The notes: generated from the letters alone by a model not told the origin. A stretch of 64,000 nucleotides of DNA from Octopus vulgaris (GCA_951406725.2 OX597819.1:76632001-76696000), one strand, 5' to 3'. Numbered from the stretch's first letter, positions 12,870 to 24,386 are shown. Numbers and translations are program-made.

Positions 12870-14000
12870 TCATTTAAAATATTTAAGAGTCTTAGTCCTA
12901 GCGTGGATACAAGAGTGACCCAGTTCAATCCTGCTGTTCAATAAAATATCATTATTTTTTCTATACATTAGTATTTCAAATGTTTCCATGGAGCAAATTT
13001 GACAACCTATTCTGCTATTTTTATAAGGTATCGCTCTTCTAACTAATTCCCAATTAAGGTTATATTTGATATTATTGTTTTTTAGTTCCCAGATTTTACT
13101 TGAAAGAGTGGTGCTATCAGCTTTATGACGTAATCTGAAAGAGAATAGATGGTTACTAATGCGTTTTCTAAAAGTTATAGTACATCCTAAATAAATATAT
13201 TTGTTATTATCTGTGGTTATGGTGCATTTGTAGATTACGTTATTTAACCCGCATAAACCAGGCGCCGGGCATTTTGATTTAATTCTGTAGTTACATCTAG
13301 GGGGATTATAATTTGATGTGGAATAATTCGAGGATAGAAGTCTCATACTACTGTTACTCGAAACAATACGAGTATATTTTTCATAATTTTGGTTACTGCT
13401 GTTATCTAAAATAATGTTATCATTATTGCAGTTAATGTTATTATCTAAAGTAGTATTATCATTTATCGGTATTCTTACACTATCATTTGGTTCTATAACC
13501 CTACCTACATTATTAATATTGTTGGTGCTGTTAATATTGTTGCCGGTATTAGTTTCTAAATGTATAGTGTTATTGCAGATAACATTGTTGTCTCCATTCA
13601 CGGTATTTTCATTCTTGGTATTATTCGTATTATTAACATAATTATTCCTATTTGTGTTATTATTATTACTAGCAATTCTATAGCTATTGGTTATACTTAT
13701 TGTATGATATTCATTATTATCATTGCAGCTATTATTACTTTCAGTAATGTTATTACAATTTTCATTTGTATTTTTATTGCTATTGTTTAAATTTTTCCTG
13801 GCTAGTTTTATGTTATTATTATTGATCTTGGCTATTAAAGTGGACATATTTGGGAGGGTTGAATAAGAAATTCTGACCGTTTTTTTAGAAATAATTTTAT
13901 GATATCTATGAGAGGATGGGAAATTCTTTTCTAGAATTGTTTTGAATCTACTCTGAATATCTGATAAAACCGCACAGTTGAAAGGGATGTTAAGCCACAT
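12870..14000 (-). CDS. Penelope-like element C-terminal region: linker, Asn-rich insert, Cys motif and GIY-YIG endonuclease (part of a broken ORF)
   Basis: MWLNIPFN...KNFPSSHRYHKIISKKTVRISYSTLPNM (cf. WFNPPF...KHFP..H..HKIFNKNTVKVSYSCMPN), CNYRIKSKCPAPGLC, NVIYKC...YLGCT..FRKRISNH, CQICSME, LLNSRIE...CIH. The frame continues upstream to 14408 with one TGA. Confidence 0.85.
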   Translation of the reverse strand: MWLNIPFNCAVLSDIQSRFKTILEKNFPSSHRYHKIISKKTVRISYSTLPNMSTLIAKINNNNIKLARKNLNNSNKNTNENCNNITESNNSCNDNNEYHTISITNSYRIASNNNNTNRNNYVNNTNNTKNENTVNGDNNVICNNTIHLETNTGNNINSTNNINNVGRVIEPNDSVRIPINDNTTLDNNINCNNDNIILDNSSNQNYEKYTRIVSSNSSMRLLSSNYSTSNYNPPRCNYRIKSKCPAPGLCGLNNVIYKCTITTDNNKYIYLGCTITFRKRISNHLFSFRLRHKADSTTLSSKIWELKNNNIKYNLNWELVRRAIPYKNSRIGCQICSMETFEILMYRKNNDILLNSRIELGHSCIHARTKTLKYFK

Positions 14001-14534
14001 TATGTCTTTCTTAATAAATTTCTTAGAATTAGAGTTGGGGTTGTTTGAATCGTTCTTACTCTCACCAGATTCTTTGTATTTATTAATGTTCCTATTTGCA
14101 TGTTTCTTAGTTTTATCAAAGTTTATTTTAACCGTATTACATGTGTTCAGTACTATGTTCTTATTATTATTCTTAATTTCATTAGGATATTTTGTCGTTG
14201 TAAATCTACTTCTACTATTATTTCTGGTGTGATCCCTATTGTTGTTTACGTGTCAATTGTTACTTTTTTTATTAGGGATATGTAAGTTCTTTTTATCAAT
14301 GTTACTAATTGTATGCTTCTTAATTTTATCTAAGATTATCTTATCACAGCTATCCATGTTTTGATCTATACACTTATCCTTGTTCTTATTACCATTTCGA
14401 TTACGCCTTTAGACTGCTTAGATATCCCTTACGAGTTCGTCGATAATATGTATCTCTCATCAGGTTAGGTGAATTTTCCTTGATCTTACAATCACGGAGC
14501 AGTACATTATTGTCTTTATATTTTTGTTGGTCGA

Positions 14535-14829
14535 GCCCATTCATTCCAATAATAAATTCCCGAAGAAAACCCTAATTTTGATTTCAAAAGGATTATTTTT
14601 CGTTTTTTTTTTTTTGGAAGTAGTTGACTTGGAAACAACTTGTGCAATCTTTATTGGATTTCTCTCAACTGTGTATTATACGATCCTCTATGCTTATATT
14701 TTTTTCCTTTCTTTATAATACATTTATTAATTATTCCAATATTAAATATATAGTTTTTATATATTCTTTGCATGTATTGAACCGGTGGACGTGGATGCTT
14801 AGCATCCTTTTGAAGGATTTTGGTCCTTC

Positions 14830-14831
<2 letters not shown>
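14535..14831 (+). mobile_element. Oppositely oriented short element ending at (TA)n, with degenerate hammerhead-like motif and two terminal hairpins
   Basis: AATAAATT-C-CCGAAGA...GAAA-CAACTTG-TG..AATCTTTATT (14551-14655); hairpins GGATGC-TTA-GCATCC (14793-14807) and TGAAGGA-TTTTGG-TCCTTCA (14811-14830). Confidence 0.45.

Positions 14832-14884
<53 letters not shown>
14832..14884. repeat. (TA)n microsatellite
   Basis: Directly visible. Confidence 0.98.
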
Positions 14885-14886
<2 letters not shown>

Positions 14887-15939
14887 GTAGCGAGTATTCA
14901 TTATAAATATCACTACCAGTAGTCTAACATGTATAAATAATCAATAGACAACATATTCATATTTTTAAAAAAGTGTACATTTAAACACAAGAGAAAATTA
15001 CCTTTTAACAGGTAATTTTTACATGCTAGAAATAGCAGCCAACACGGCCAAAACCACGCTTCGAAAATTACTATTAAATCGTTAACTTGCTATTCACTCA
15101 CTGGAAACAATACGTGGGAGAGGATCTTTTTACACGTTTGGATCGAACCTAGAATCGCGTGATTGCAAAACGTGTATGTTAACCACACAGCAATGATTGT
15201 ACACATTTGGATGCTTTACTAGAAAACATTTTAACAATAATTTTTGTGAAATATATCGTAATTAACTTAGTGATATTTTTTGAGTTTCTAGACATCTCCA
15301 TTGATCTTTCTACATGAAATCTACCGAAAGAGATAACCAATTCTCTAATGGTTTCAATGTTTTAGAACTGCTGCCAAAAACATGTAAAAGAATTTTAAGA
15401 ACTCATTGATGGAAACAATAGGAGGTTTTACGGCATTCATGCACCATAGGACATAATGGACGTTATTGAAATATTGATTTCTAACTTCGGTAAAAAGTTA
15501 TACTTTATAATACAAATAAAACTATTTCTGCGACGTTAACTGCATAACTAGGGCTAAGTAAGTGGTTATCAGTAGAAGAATAAAATATTCGATTAGAATA
15601 AAATATTAGTCGATTAGGGATATCATATTATTGGCGAGTTTTGGACGCGAGAGCAGGCATGTTTCTACCATATTTGGACACCATTATCGGGAGTATATTT
15701 CACGATAATTTTCTGAAGTAGTAGCGAAAGAAACCGGAAGGAAAAATAAAGAGAAACACCTATTCCTTGGTGTGGTTTAGAATAAATAATTCTTAGGTAT
15801 CACCAGTCTTTTAATCAAGCGCAAAAAGCGAGAATAAATAAGTGTCGGACTAAATGCAGATCAACTATCTCAATGGACTTCTTTTGTAAGTCACCTGTTA
15901 ATCGATTTCGTCACCAATCTGTGCTGATATTCATCAGTG

Positions 15940-16010
<71 letters not shown>

Positions 16011-16628
16011 GAGAGGGGTGGTGGTTATATATTCACAATATCTTAAAGATGTCATCGAATTAAAATTCCGAGATACGTTTCAACCCGCATATCGAGTGTA
16101 TTATTACATAGACTAACATTTAGTAAATACGATGTAGAAGTTATGTTAGATGATCTTATAACATCAGGTAGTATAAGAAGCGTTACACAGTGTACACCAT
16201 TTGATATGTGAGCCGAAACTTATTTTCAAAAAATGGGAAGTTAGCGTTGAATATTGTAACAACATCCATACGCGAGACATATTTTCGTTTTGAGATATCT
16301 ACTAAGTTAATAAACGCAGTAGAATACAAATATATGTGAGATTTACAGGCAATGTCTTCAAGTAAGCGCGTGAATACTCACAGATATGAATAAATATATG
16401 TATATATATATATGCATACATGTATGCATAAATATATATGCATATGTGTATATACGTGTAAATATATATGTATATATATATGCATATATATATGCATAAA
16501 TATGTATATATATATAAATTGATATATATATATACACGTATATAAACAGACATGTAGATATTCATATCTATCTATCTTACTTTCTGTCTCTATATACATA
16601 TTAATATATCTATATACATAGATACAGC

Positions 16629-16675
<47 letters not shown>

Positions 16676-16811
16676 TTATTTATTTATTTATTTATACATA
16701 CACTTATATATGATATATAGTGTATATATATATATATATATATATGCATTCACATACACACACACACAAAGCTTCATATATATATATAATATATGTGTGT
16801 GCGTGAGTATT

Positions 16812-16856
<45 letters not shown>

Positions 16857-17700
16857 GTACTACCTGCTGTATTTTCTACTTTTTCATTTCGCGTATATTT
16901 ATAAACACAGTCACAAACACACACACTCACAGATACACACATATACACAAACATACATACACCCATACACACTTATGCATTCACAAACATATACGCACAC
17001 GAAATCTTTGATACCTGACAACAACAAAATTATGATCTCTTACATTTTAAACTGGGAAATTTTATGTAAATTTAAATATCTATTCGAATTTAAATATTTA
17101 TTATATTTAGTATTGCTTTTATATTTTCTAAATTATACGTTCTTGTATGAAATAAACCACTTCAGTAATATGTATGAATATATTAATGCATTTGATATCT
17201 TGGTTTATTGAATTAATTTTAAAAATATAGAACAAATGTTGAACGTTTGATTAATTTACCAATTCTCTATTATAGTTTAGATTCACATCGGCCCTGACAC
17301 GACAGATTTAAAATCAAAGGGAATCCGGTCGTAGCTTGCCAGGCAAAAATGCTCTGCAGAACTTTGAGATCGACTTGGCATTTTATTCCTTTGGGATCGA
17401 TAAATGAAGTGCCACTGGGGCTCAATGTAACCGAATAACCCCTCTGCTTACCCCCAAATTCTTCAGGCGAGAAAGGATGACCATTATTAGTAGTAACAAA
17501 TTGTGTCCGCTCATTGCTGACTTGTGGAACTTCTCCAACACTTATTGTCACGTGTAGGACGGATCCGGTTATCGTCCGAGTCCATCGTGAAGATTGCCTA
17601 GCCTCCTTCTTTTGGCCGGGATGAAAACGCAGTTTTCCTCTGTCTGATGGCTATGACGAAAGAGGTTTATGGTGGACGCGATTGAAAGGGCTGTATATAA

Positions 17701-17764
<64 letters not shown>

Positions 17765-17818
17765 TATAAAAATACCTGTACATCATTTCCAAACCTTCTA
17801 ATATATATATATATATAT

Positions 17819-18027
17819 TTAAAATGTAACCGCGTGTGTACCGTTGGCGATTTTTTTCCTCTGTCTTCCCTTCTCTGGATCTTTCCTTTTCCTATGTTTC
17901 TGACGAAGAGCTACGCTCGAAACGTAAAACGCTCCTTCTTCACTTCCTTCCTGAGCGTCCAATAATACTATATTTGTTCCACGTCCTCGCGTTGTTGTGT
18001 TTTCTCTTTGTGTTTTCATGTTTGGAT

Positions 18028-18031
<4 letters not shown>
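17819..18031 (+). mobile_element. ~210-bp hammerhead-containing element (solo pLTR or retrozyme-like) inserted in (TA)n
   Basis: Bounded by (TA)n on both sides; contains a minimal hammerhead; related copy at 5790-5985. Confidence 0.75.
17896..17930 (+). ncRNA. Minimal type I hammerhead ribozyme motif
   Basis: GUUU-CUGACGA-A-GAGC UAC GCUC-GAAA-CG-UA-AAAC; stem III is reduced to the ACGU palindrome, as in dimeric PLE hammerheads. Confidence 0.8.
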
Positions 18032-18078
<47 letters not shown>

Positions 18079-18112
18079 CATGTGTGTGTGCATATATATA
18101 TATATATATATA

Positions 18113-19482
18113 TTGTTGGCATCAGCAAGGTCATGGAACGAATAGTCAGAAGGAAACTAATCGCCTTCCTTGAAGAAAATAACTTGCTGCCTGACACTCA
18201 ACATGGATTCCGACCAGGAAGAAGCTGCTTAACTCAACACTATGAATGGGTGCTGAAACAACTGCTCAACCACTCAAATGTGGAAGTGATATATCTCGAC
18301 TTTGCAAAGGCCTTTGATAAAGTCGATCATGTAATGATATGTCACAAACTGCGTGATCTTGGCATAGTTGGAAAATTGAGAGAATGGCTTCATGACTTTC
18401 TGAAGGATAGAAGTCAGGTGGTAATAGCCAATGGAGCCACCTCCAAAAACACGCAAATAGTGAACGGTGTTCCGCAAGGCACTGCTTTGGGACCACTGCT
18501 GTTCATAATGACCCCCTCAGACATGCCCTCAGCCACGCAGAAAACCACGGTCACAAGTTATGCAGATGATACAAAAGTTTCGCAGGTAATACTGAAGACA
18601 CTATGCACCTGCAATGTGAGCTGGACAAAATATACAAGTGGGCTGAAAAGAATAGCATGCAGTTCAATGCTGAAAGCTTCAAGCTTTATGCTATCAGCAT
18701 GCAAAACTAAGTGCAATAACCAATAAATACACTGGACCTGGAGGGGTTGCAATCCCAGAGGCACAATCAGTGTGAGACCTGGGTATTTACATGAGTAATG
18801 ATGCAACCTTTTATGTGCATGTTGCTAAATTAGCAATGGAATGTAGGCGGCTGACTGGATGGATTCTTAGAGTTATTAGAACAAGAGACCAGGAAACACC
18901 CGTGTCAAATTAATCACACAACTTGAGGCGATCCAAGCGAAGCTACACGAAGAAAATAGCCTCTGCGCAGCATATAAGCTATTGGGAAAGACTCAAGAGA
19001 TTAAGACTCTATTCTTTAGAGCGTAGGCGTGAAAGATATGCCATAATATATATCTGGAAGATCCTGGAAGGACTTGTGCCAAACTTTGGCATCGAGAGTT
19101 ACACAAATACTAGAACTGGGCGCCACTTCATAGTGTCAAGGACTCCAAATATGCCATCAAGTTATAGGACAAGATACTGTGATAGCCTGGGCTTCAGATG
19201 TCCACAGCTCTTCAATATCCTCCCGAAGGACCTGAGAGACCGGCATGGGGTGGATGCAGATGTCTTTAAAATAAAGCTGGACCTCTTCCTGTCAGGGGTC
19301 CCAGATGAACCAACTTCACGGCAGGTGGTGCAGATGAGGGCAGCTGCGTCAAACTCTCTCATGCACCAAATGTCAATTGTTAAAAAGCTTTCGTGAAGTA
19401 AAATCATGTAGCAACGCCGAATGGCGGTGCCCCAGCATAGCCACAGCTCGTGAGCTGAAACTAGATAAAATGAAAAAAAAAG
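18113..19482 (+). mobile_element. 5'-truncated CR1-type LINE (RT to 3' end, frameshifted)
   Basis: SKVMERIV...QHGFRPGRSC, YLDFAKAFDKVDH, GVPQGTALGPLLF, YADDTK, YWERLKRLRLYSLERRRER, FKIKLDLFL..VPDEP. Confidence 0.93.
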
Positions 19483-19499
19483 GATAGATATTCCAGTTC

Positions 19500-19574
19500 A
19501 TTAGAGAAAACATAACAGAAAAGTCTAATTCTTCAATTGTATGTAACACGGGCAACGCCGGGTATCTCTGGTAG
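19500..19574 (+). mobile_element. Possible Helitron 3' terminus
   Basis: CACGGGCAACGCCGGGTATCTCTGGTAG-T resembles the common CCCGGGCAACGCCGGG hairpin plus CTAG-T Helitron end. Confidence 0.45.
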
Positions 19575-19580
19575 TATACG

Positions 19581-19585
<5 letters not shown>

Positions 19586-19626
<41 letters not shown>

Positions 19627-19712
19627 CATACATACATACATACATACATACATACATACATACATACATACATACATACATACATACATACATACATACA
19701 TACATTCATACA
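19586..19712. repeat. (TA)n-(TACA)n microsatellite
   Basis: Directly visible. Confidence 0.97.
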
Positions 19713-20234
19713 TATGTAGATACATTACAGTATAGTAAATTTTGTGTGTATGTATGTGTGGAATTATGTGTGTGTGAAATTAAAACTAAAGTGAGTTGAA
19801 AGATCTAACAGCTTGCAACCTATGGTATAATATTTGACTGCAAATCAGATAAAATTATTACTAAATGCCATACAAAGTAAATTGCTGATTGTCTTTTCTC
19901 TTTGAAAGAAGGCAAACAGCTTATGGCGATTGTGAATGGCTTCAAATGAAGAGAGATAATTCAAGTTAATCAACGATTCTCAGGAGTTACCATACCATTA
20001 AAGAAATGTCATTTTTTTTTTCAGTTTCCTTTCTCAAGTCAATGAGCAGGCTGCTTCCGCATGTTCCAGTCTCATTAGGTATCAACAGTACAGAATTCAA
20101 TTTCAGATAGTTTTATGGCTGAGACATACAAAAAGAATAGAGAACATTTTATAGTATATATTAATTTGCATGTTTCGTTTTGGGATTTGATTTGCAAGAT
20201 TCTCTATGTGAGTTCCTGCGTTGAAGCATATTCT

Positions 20235-20457
20235 GTTGTGCCTGGGGAGAGTCATTTTCTTTTTGTGCCTTATAATTTAACACACTCACCGGTAAAATTT
20301 CCACTTATTTCATATTTTTATTTTCCTAGAATTTTCGTTGCGTCTTGCAACCTTTTCAATAGTCTTGACTCAAGACTATCAAAAATAAGTGAAAATTTTA
20401 CCGGTGAGTGTATTAAATTATAAGGCACAAAAAGAAAATGACTCCCCCAGACACAAC
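20235..20457. mobile_element. Fold-back/MITE-like element with ~70-bp inverted arms
   Basis: 20235-20310 is a near reverse complement of 20393-20457; includes Tc1-TIR-like CACTCACCGG and an inner hairpin ATAGTCTTGA-C-TCAAGACTAT. Confidence 0.8.
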
Positions 20458-22021
20458 TGATTAATTTGCATGATGAAATGACAAATGTAAGGAAAAGGAA
20501 ACACAACGTTTCCAACGAAGACAACGATAGAGTTAAGAATATTATACTAAAGTTCGTTATTAAGTGATAGTTAGCTTCGCTTCAAGAGAATAATTGAATA
20601 TTTCTTTTTCACTGGCTTGTTATTTAGTTCTCCTAACTTTTGTCTCTGCCTTGAATTGTTGTTTTTTTTATATTAACCATAGATGTTTGTCTCTACCTTG
20701 AACACCATGCCGAAGCATGTATGTATGTATTTTTGTGTGTACGTATGTACTCAACTACTTTTGATTATTTGAAGAGTTCCTCTATTGAAAGAGTTGGTTT
20801 CCAAAAAAGAAAATAAAAATCCGTCGCTGGAAAATAAAAAACAAAAACGATGTTACATTTTGAACTTGAGAAAAGCTTTGCATAGTTTTAGTGACCCGCT
20901 TAGAGTTTGTAACTGTAATGCCCGTGTTAGCTGATTGATTTCTTTTTCTGGAAACCCTAGATATTCCAGAAACGCTGTGTTCGCTTAAGCATTTGCTTAG
21001 AAAAGCAAATGCAATAATTAGTATTGACATAAATATATATGTATACGGGTGTCGGTCTGACTGACTGGCTGGTTGGCTGTGTGTGTGTGCATTTCTGTTT
21101 ACATATGTATCAAACTAAAAGGTGCAGATATGAGAAAACTGTTATACACAAATAGGGACACCTCCTGGTAAATATCTCTTCTTTCCTAGAGACAATGTCT
21201 TTAAACATGAAAGTGACGAATTTTGCAATTCATTTTTACTTTTTAAATCCAAATATATAAATAGTTCGTTCCTGCAATTGACCAGCCCTAGATCAAGTCT
21301 GTTTCAGAACACTTTTGATCAAAGACTTCCTTTCTTTTTAATTATCAAAATTTAGTTTGCGACTTCAATTTCTTTTAAGATAGTAATGTGTCGTTTGAGG
21401 ACGAATTGGCTGTCATTTCTGCCGGAACCAACGAACGCAAAACTCCTTCAGTGGCTCTCGTGATCATTTTTACACTCTCTCAAATGTTTCAATGTTTCTA
21501 GAAAGTACGTATCATTCTGTTTTTTAACGCAGTACGGTATCAACTGGTAAAGAATTTTGTTGCTGTTTCTAGCATACTGAGTGACAGCGTAAATGGTAAT
21601 AGTTCTGAAATCTTTTAGAACTTACAATTTGCTTAAACTATTCAATGTAAACCTATTTGCAATTTACTTTCCCGAGTTGTAAATTTCGTTAATTAAGCTC
21701 AATTTAAATTCATTTTAAGTGAAGCTGCGAGGGAGTGTCGAATATATGTTTGGAATTTTCTTAAACAAGCCAAACTCACAGAGAGTAAGTTCAAAATACG
21801 ACACAGGTTGTTAAAAAAGTGTCAGAAGCCAGCAGGACTGAAACCTATGAAACCGTTCGTTGGTGTCTTAAAGCACACTGTGGTGATTCACTCAGATCGT
21901 GACAAAAACGGACGGCAGTCAATTACTCACCATCACTGCTAAGTAATCAAATATGACTAAACTATTTCCATAAGTAATATTGACGAATTTATCACGATTG
22001 CAGAAACGTTTTAGAAAAAAG

Positions 22022-22026
22022 TTCTT

Positions 22027-22121
<95 letters not shown>

Positions 22122-22302
22122 CATCATCATCATCATCATCATCATTAATATTACTATTTTTACAATGGACAAGAGTAAATACCGGCTGAAATGGAGAGTA
22201 AAAATAAATCATTAAACCCCTCAGTGAGATTTAATTTCTATATCGAACTGAAAGAGAGTGGTGTTGTTTGATAAAATAAAGAAATGAATAAATAAATGAG
22301 TA

Positions 22303-22380
<78 letters not shown>
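22022..22380. repeat. Compound (TTC)n(TTA)n(TCA)n and (TAA)n microsatellites
   Basis: Directly visible. Confidence 0.97.
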
Positions 22381-22381
<1 letters not shown>

Positions 22382-22788
22382 CGTGGAACAGAGCGGAAAC
22401 GAATGATGAATAGAGTGGAAAAGAAACATTTATATAAATAGCTATGGTATATTCTCTTTACCTTCCCTTCGATAGTTTTCTTGTTTTGTTAGTTAATTTT
22501 CTCTCTCTCTCTTTCACACAATCAATCTCTGTCACTCTCTCTCTTTATTACGTTTTTGTTGATTTTCTCGATTTTTTTGCAGTGCTTTTATTACGCGCCA
22601 ATCCTTGTTATTGCTTCCAAACGTTTGTAACTATTAAATTGATATAACCCACACAGTATAACATTCAAAGGAAATGGAGAAGAGTGTACCACTGTTTCAA
22701 ACAAAGACTTTCGTCAGGAAGTGAAAAAACATTTTGAATGTTTCTACTAACAATGAGAATATAGATCTGAAGCGACTATATATAATTT

Positions 22789-23173
22789 GGGCTGTGTGGT
22801 AAGAAACATGTTTCCCAACTACATGGTTTTTGACTTAGTCTCACTGCTATATCCCTGAATTGACCAATGCTATGTGAGTGGATTTCATGGAAGGGAATTG
22901 AGAGAAACCCGTCGGATATATATATATGTGTGTGTGCACGTGAGTGCATGTATGTGATTTAGCGTTTGTGATTGTCCTCCCCACACGACTTGACAATGGG
23001 TATTGGTTTGTTTACGTCCTTGTAATCTAGCGGTTCGACACAAAATTACTAATTTTATAAGCCTCAGACGTTAATAAATTAAGTACTGGGGGTTGACTTG
23101 CTCCACTAAACCAGTCAAGGCTGTGCCCCAGCATGGCTGCAGTTCAGTGACTGAAACATGTAAAAGATAAAAG
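22789..23173 (+). mobile_element. SINE family A (diverged copy)
   Basis: GGCTGTGTGGTAAG head; GTGCCCCAGCATGGCTGCAG...CTGAAACATGTAAAAGATAAAAG tail. Confidence 0.85.
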
Positions 23174-23175
23174 AT

Positions 23176-24345
23176 ATATGAGAAGTCAAAAGTTATCAGT
23201 CAAAACTTTCTTTAAGTTGGCTTTACTCCCTTCAGCGCTCACGTGCTTAAAGGTGTTACTCATCTGGTTACGTAAATAGAGTTTGACATTTCTTGATTTC
23301 TTTCTTACGCTACAGAGTATATACGCCGTTCTGTTGCCGGTGTGCAGTAAGGAAGATCCAATTCCTCTCGTTTGAACGTGTGTCAGAGGTGTGAAATTTA
23401 ACACAGGCTTCCAGTAAAATAAGTAGGCAGTGCTCGACTGCATAGCAGTGTGTATGTGTGGTTGAAGAAATTTTACAATGGTCGGACAAAAGTGAAGCGC
23501 AAAGAGGGAACAAGACGCTCATCAAACACCACCACTGACGTGAAAATTCAACAAGCTCGGGAGATGATGTTTCTGGCGAACCGAGTGGTTATCGATAAAG
23601 CGGAATGTTCTCTGCATAGTAATCATGGTTCTACATACAAAATAATCCACGTACAATCTTTGCGAGATAGGTGCTGAGAGAAGCATATCGAAGCGCATAG
23701 TATGCAAATAAGTACAAACGTGTTCAGATCTGCAAACGCTTACTCGATGGTGAAAACGATGAAGTGAAGCCTTTTGGGGGAGAATAGTCTCAGGACAGAA
23801 TATGTAGTGAAATCGCCAGTGAAAGAGAAATTTAAGATTCAGTCTTCCACAGAAAAGTGATGTGAACAGTTCGTTTTGGGTTGAAGTGGGGGCGCAAAGA
23901 GACTATACTGGGACGTTACTCGGAAAAGAGGTCTCCAGTCACATTGTAGCCCACAAATGCTGACCAGCAGGCTGAAACCTACAATTCGCACCAAACGCCG
24001 AGGTCTATTTTCAAATTTAGTGTTATTGTTGTACGACAATGAAAATCATTAGAAAATTGAATTTCGAGTCGCTGAAACACTCCGAATGCAGTCCAGATAT
24101 CACACCTTCCGACTATCACCACTTTAGACCGCTCAAATGTTTTTTATGAGGTCGCCGAATTGCGAACGAAAAAATGCAGGAATGGCTGCGACACCATTCG
24201 AATGTCTGCGCGACCATTCGAAACCCTTTTTGCCGATAGAATAGGCATGCGTATGGATTGCTGGAAAAAGTCCATCGGAAAGCAAGGAGATTATGTCGAA
24301 AAACGTAACTGTTCAACCCCTGCTTTTACGTTAACAGAGTGCAGA
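23176..24345 (+). mobile_element. Decayed mariner transposon
   Basis: YVWLKKFYNGRTKV...NRVVI...HGSTYKII (HTH region); HSECSPDITPSDYHHFRPLK (cf. YSPDLAPSDYHLFGPLK); C-terminal GDYVEK. Confidence 0.85.
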
Positions 24346-24386
24346 AACAAGAGTGTGTGTAATTTCACACACACACACACATGTAT

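Larger units (their letters stand above)
11733..14535 (-). mobile_element. 5'-truncated Penelope-like retroelement (Naiad-like) ending at (TA)n
   Basis: GIY-YIG ORF, then ~1 kb of 3' sequence, then a hammerhead ~30 nt before the (TA)n at 11688-11732; no RT domain in this copy. Confidence 0.8.

Noticed and set aside
14440-14470. CTGATGA on the minus strand
   Set aside because: It lies in the frameshifted coding extension (N-L-M-R) and has no properly placed GAAA.
15125-15200. tRNA-like sequence on the minus strand
   Set aside because: Only A/B-box resemblance without a full cloverleaf; probably a decayed SINE head.
17610-17670. SECIS-like or hammerhead-like hairpin
   Set aside because: The helix is too short with no apical AA for a SECIS, and the core CTGATGG lacks hammerhead stems.
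22686-22723. Minus-strand CUGACGA...GAAA-CAGUGG-UA
   Set aside because: Stem I is not complementary and stem II is weak; likely chance.
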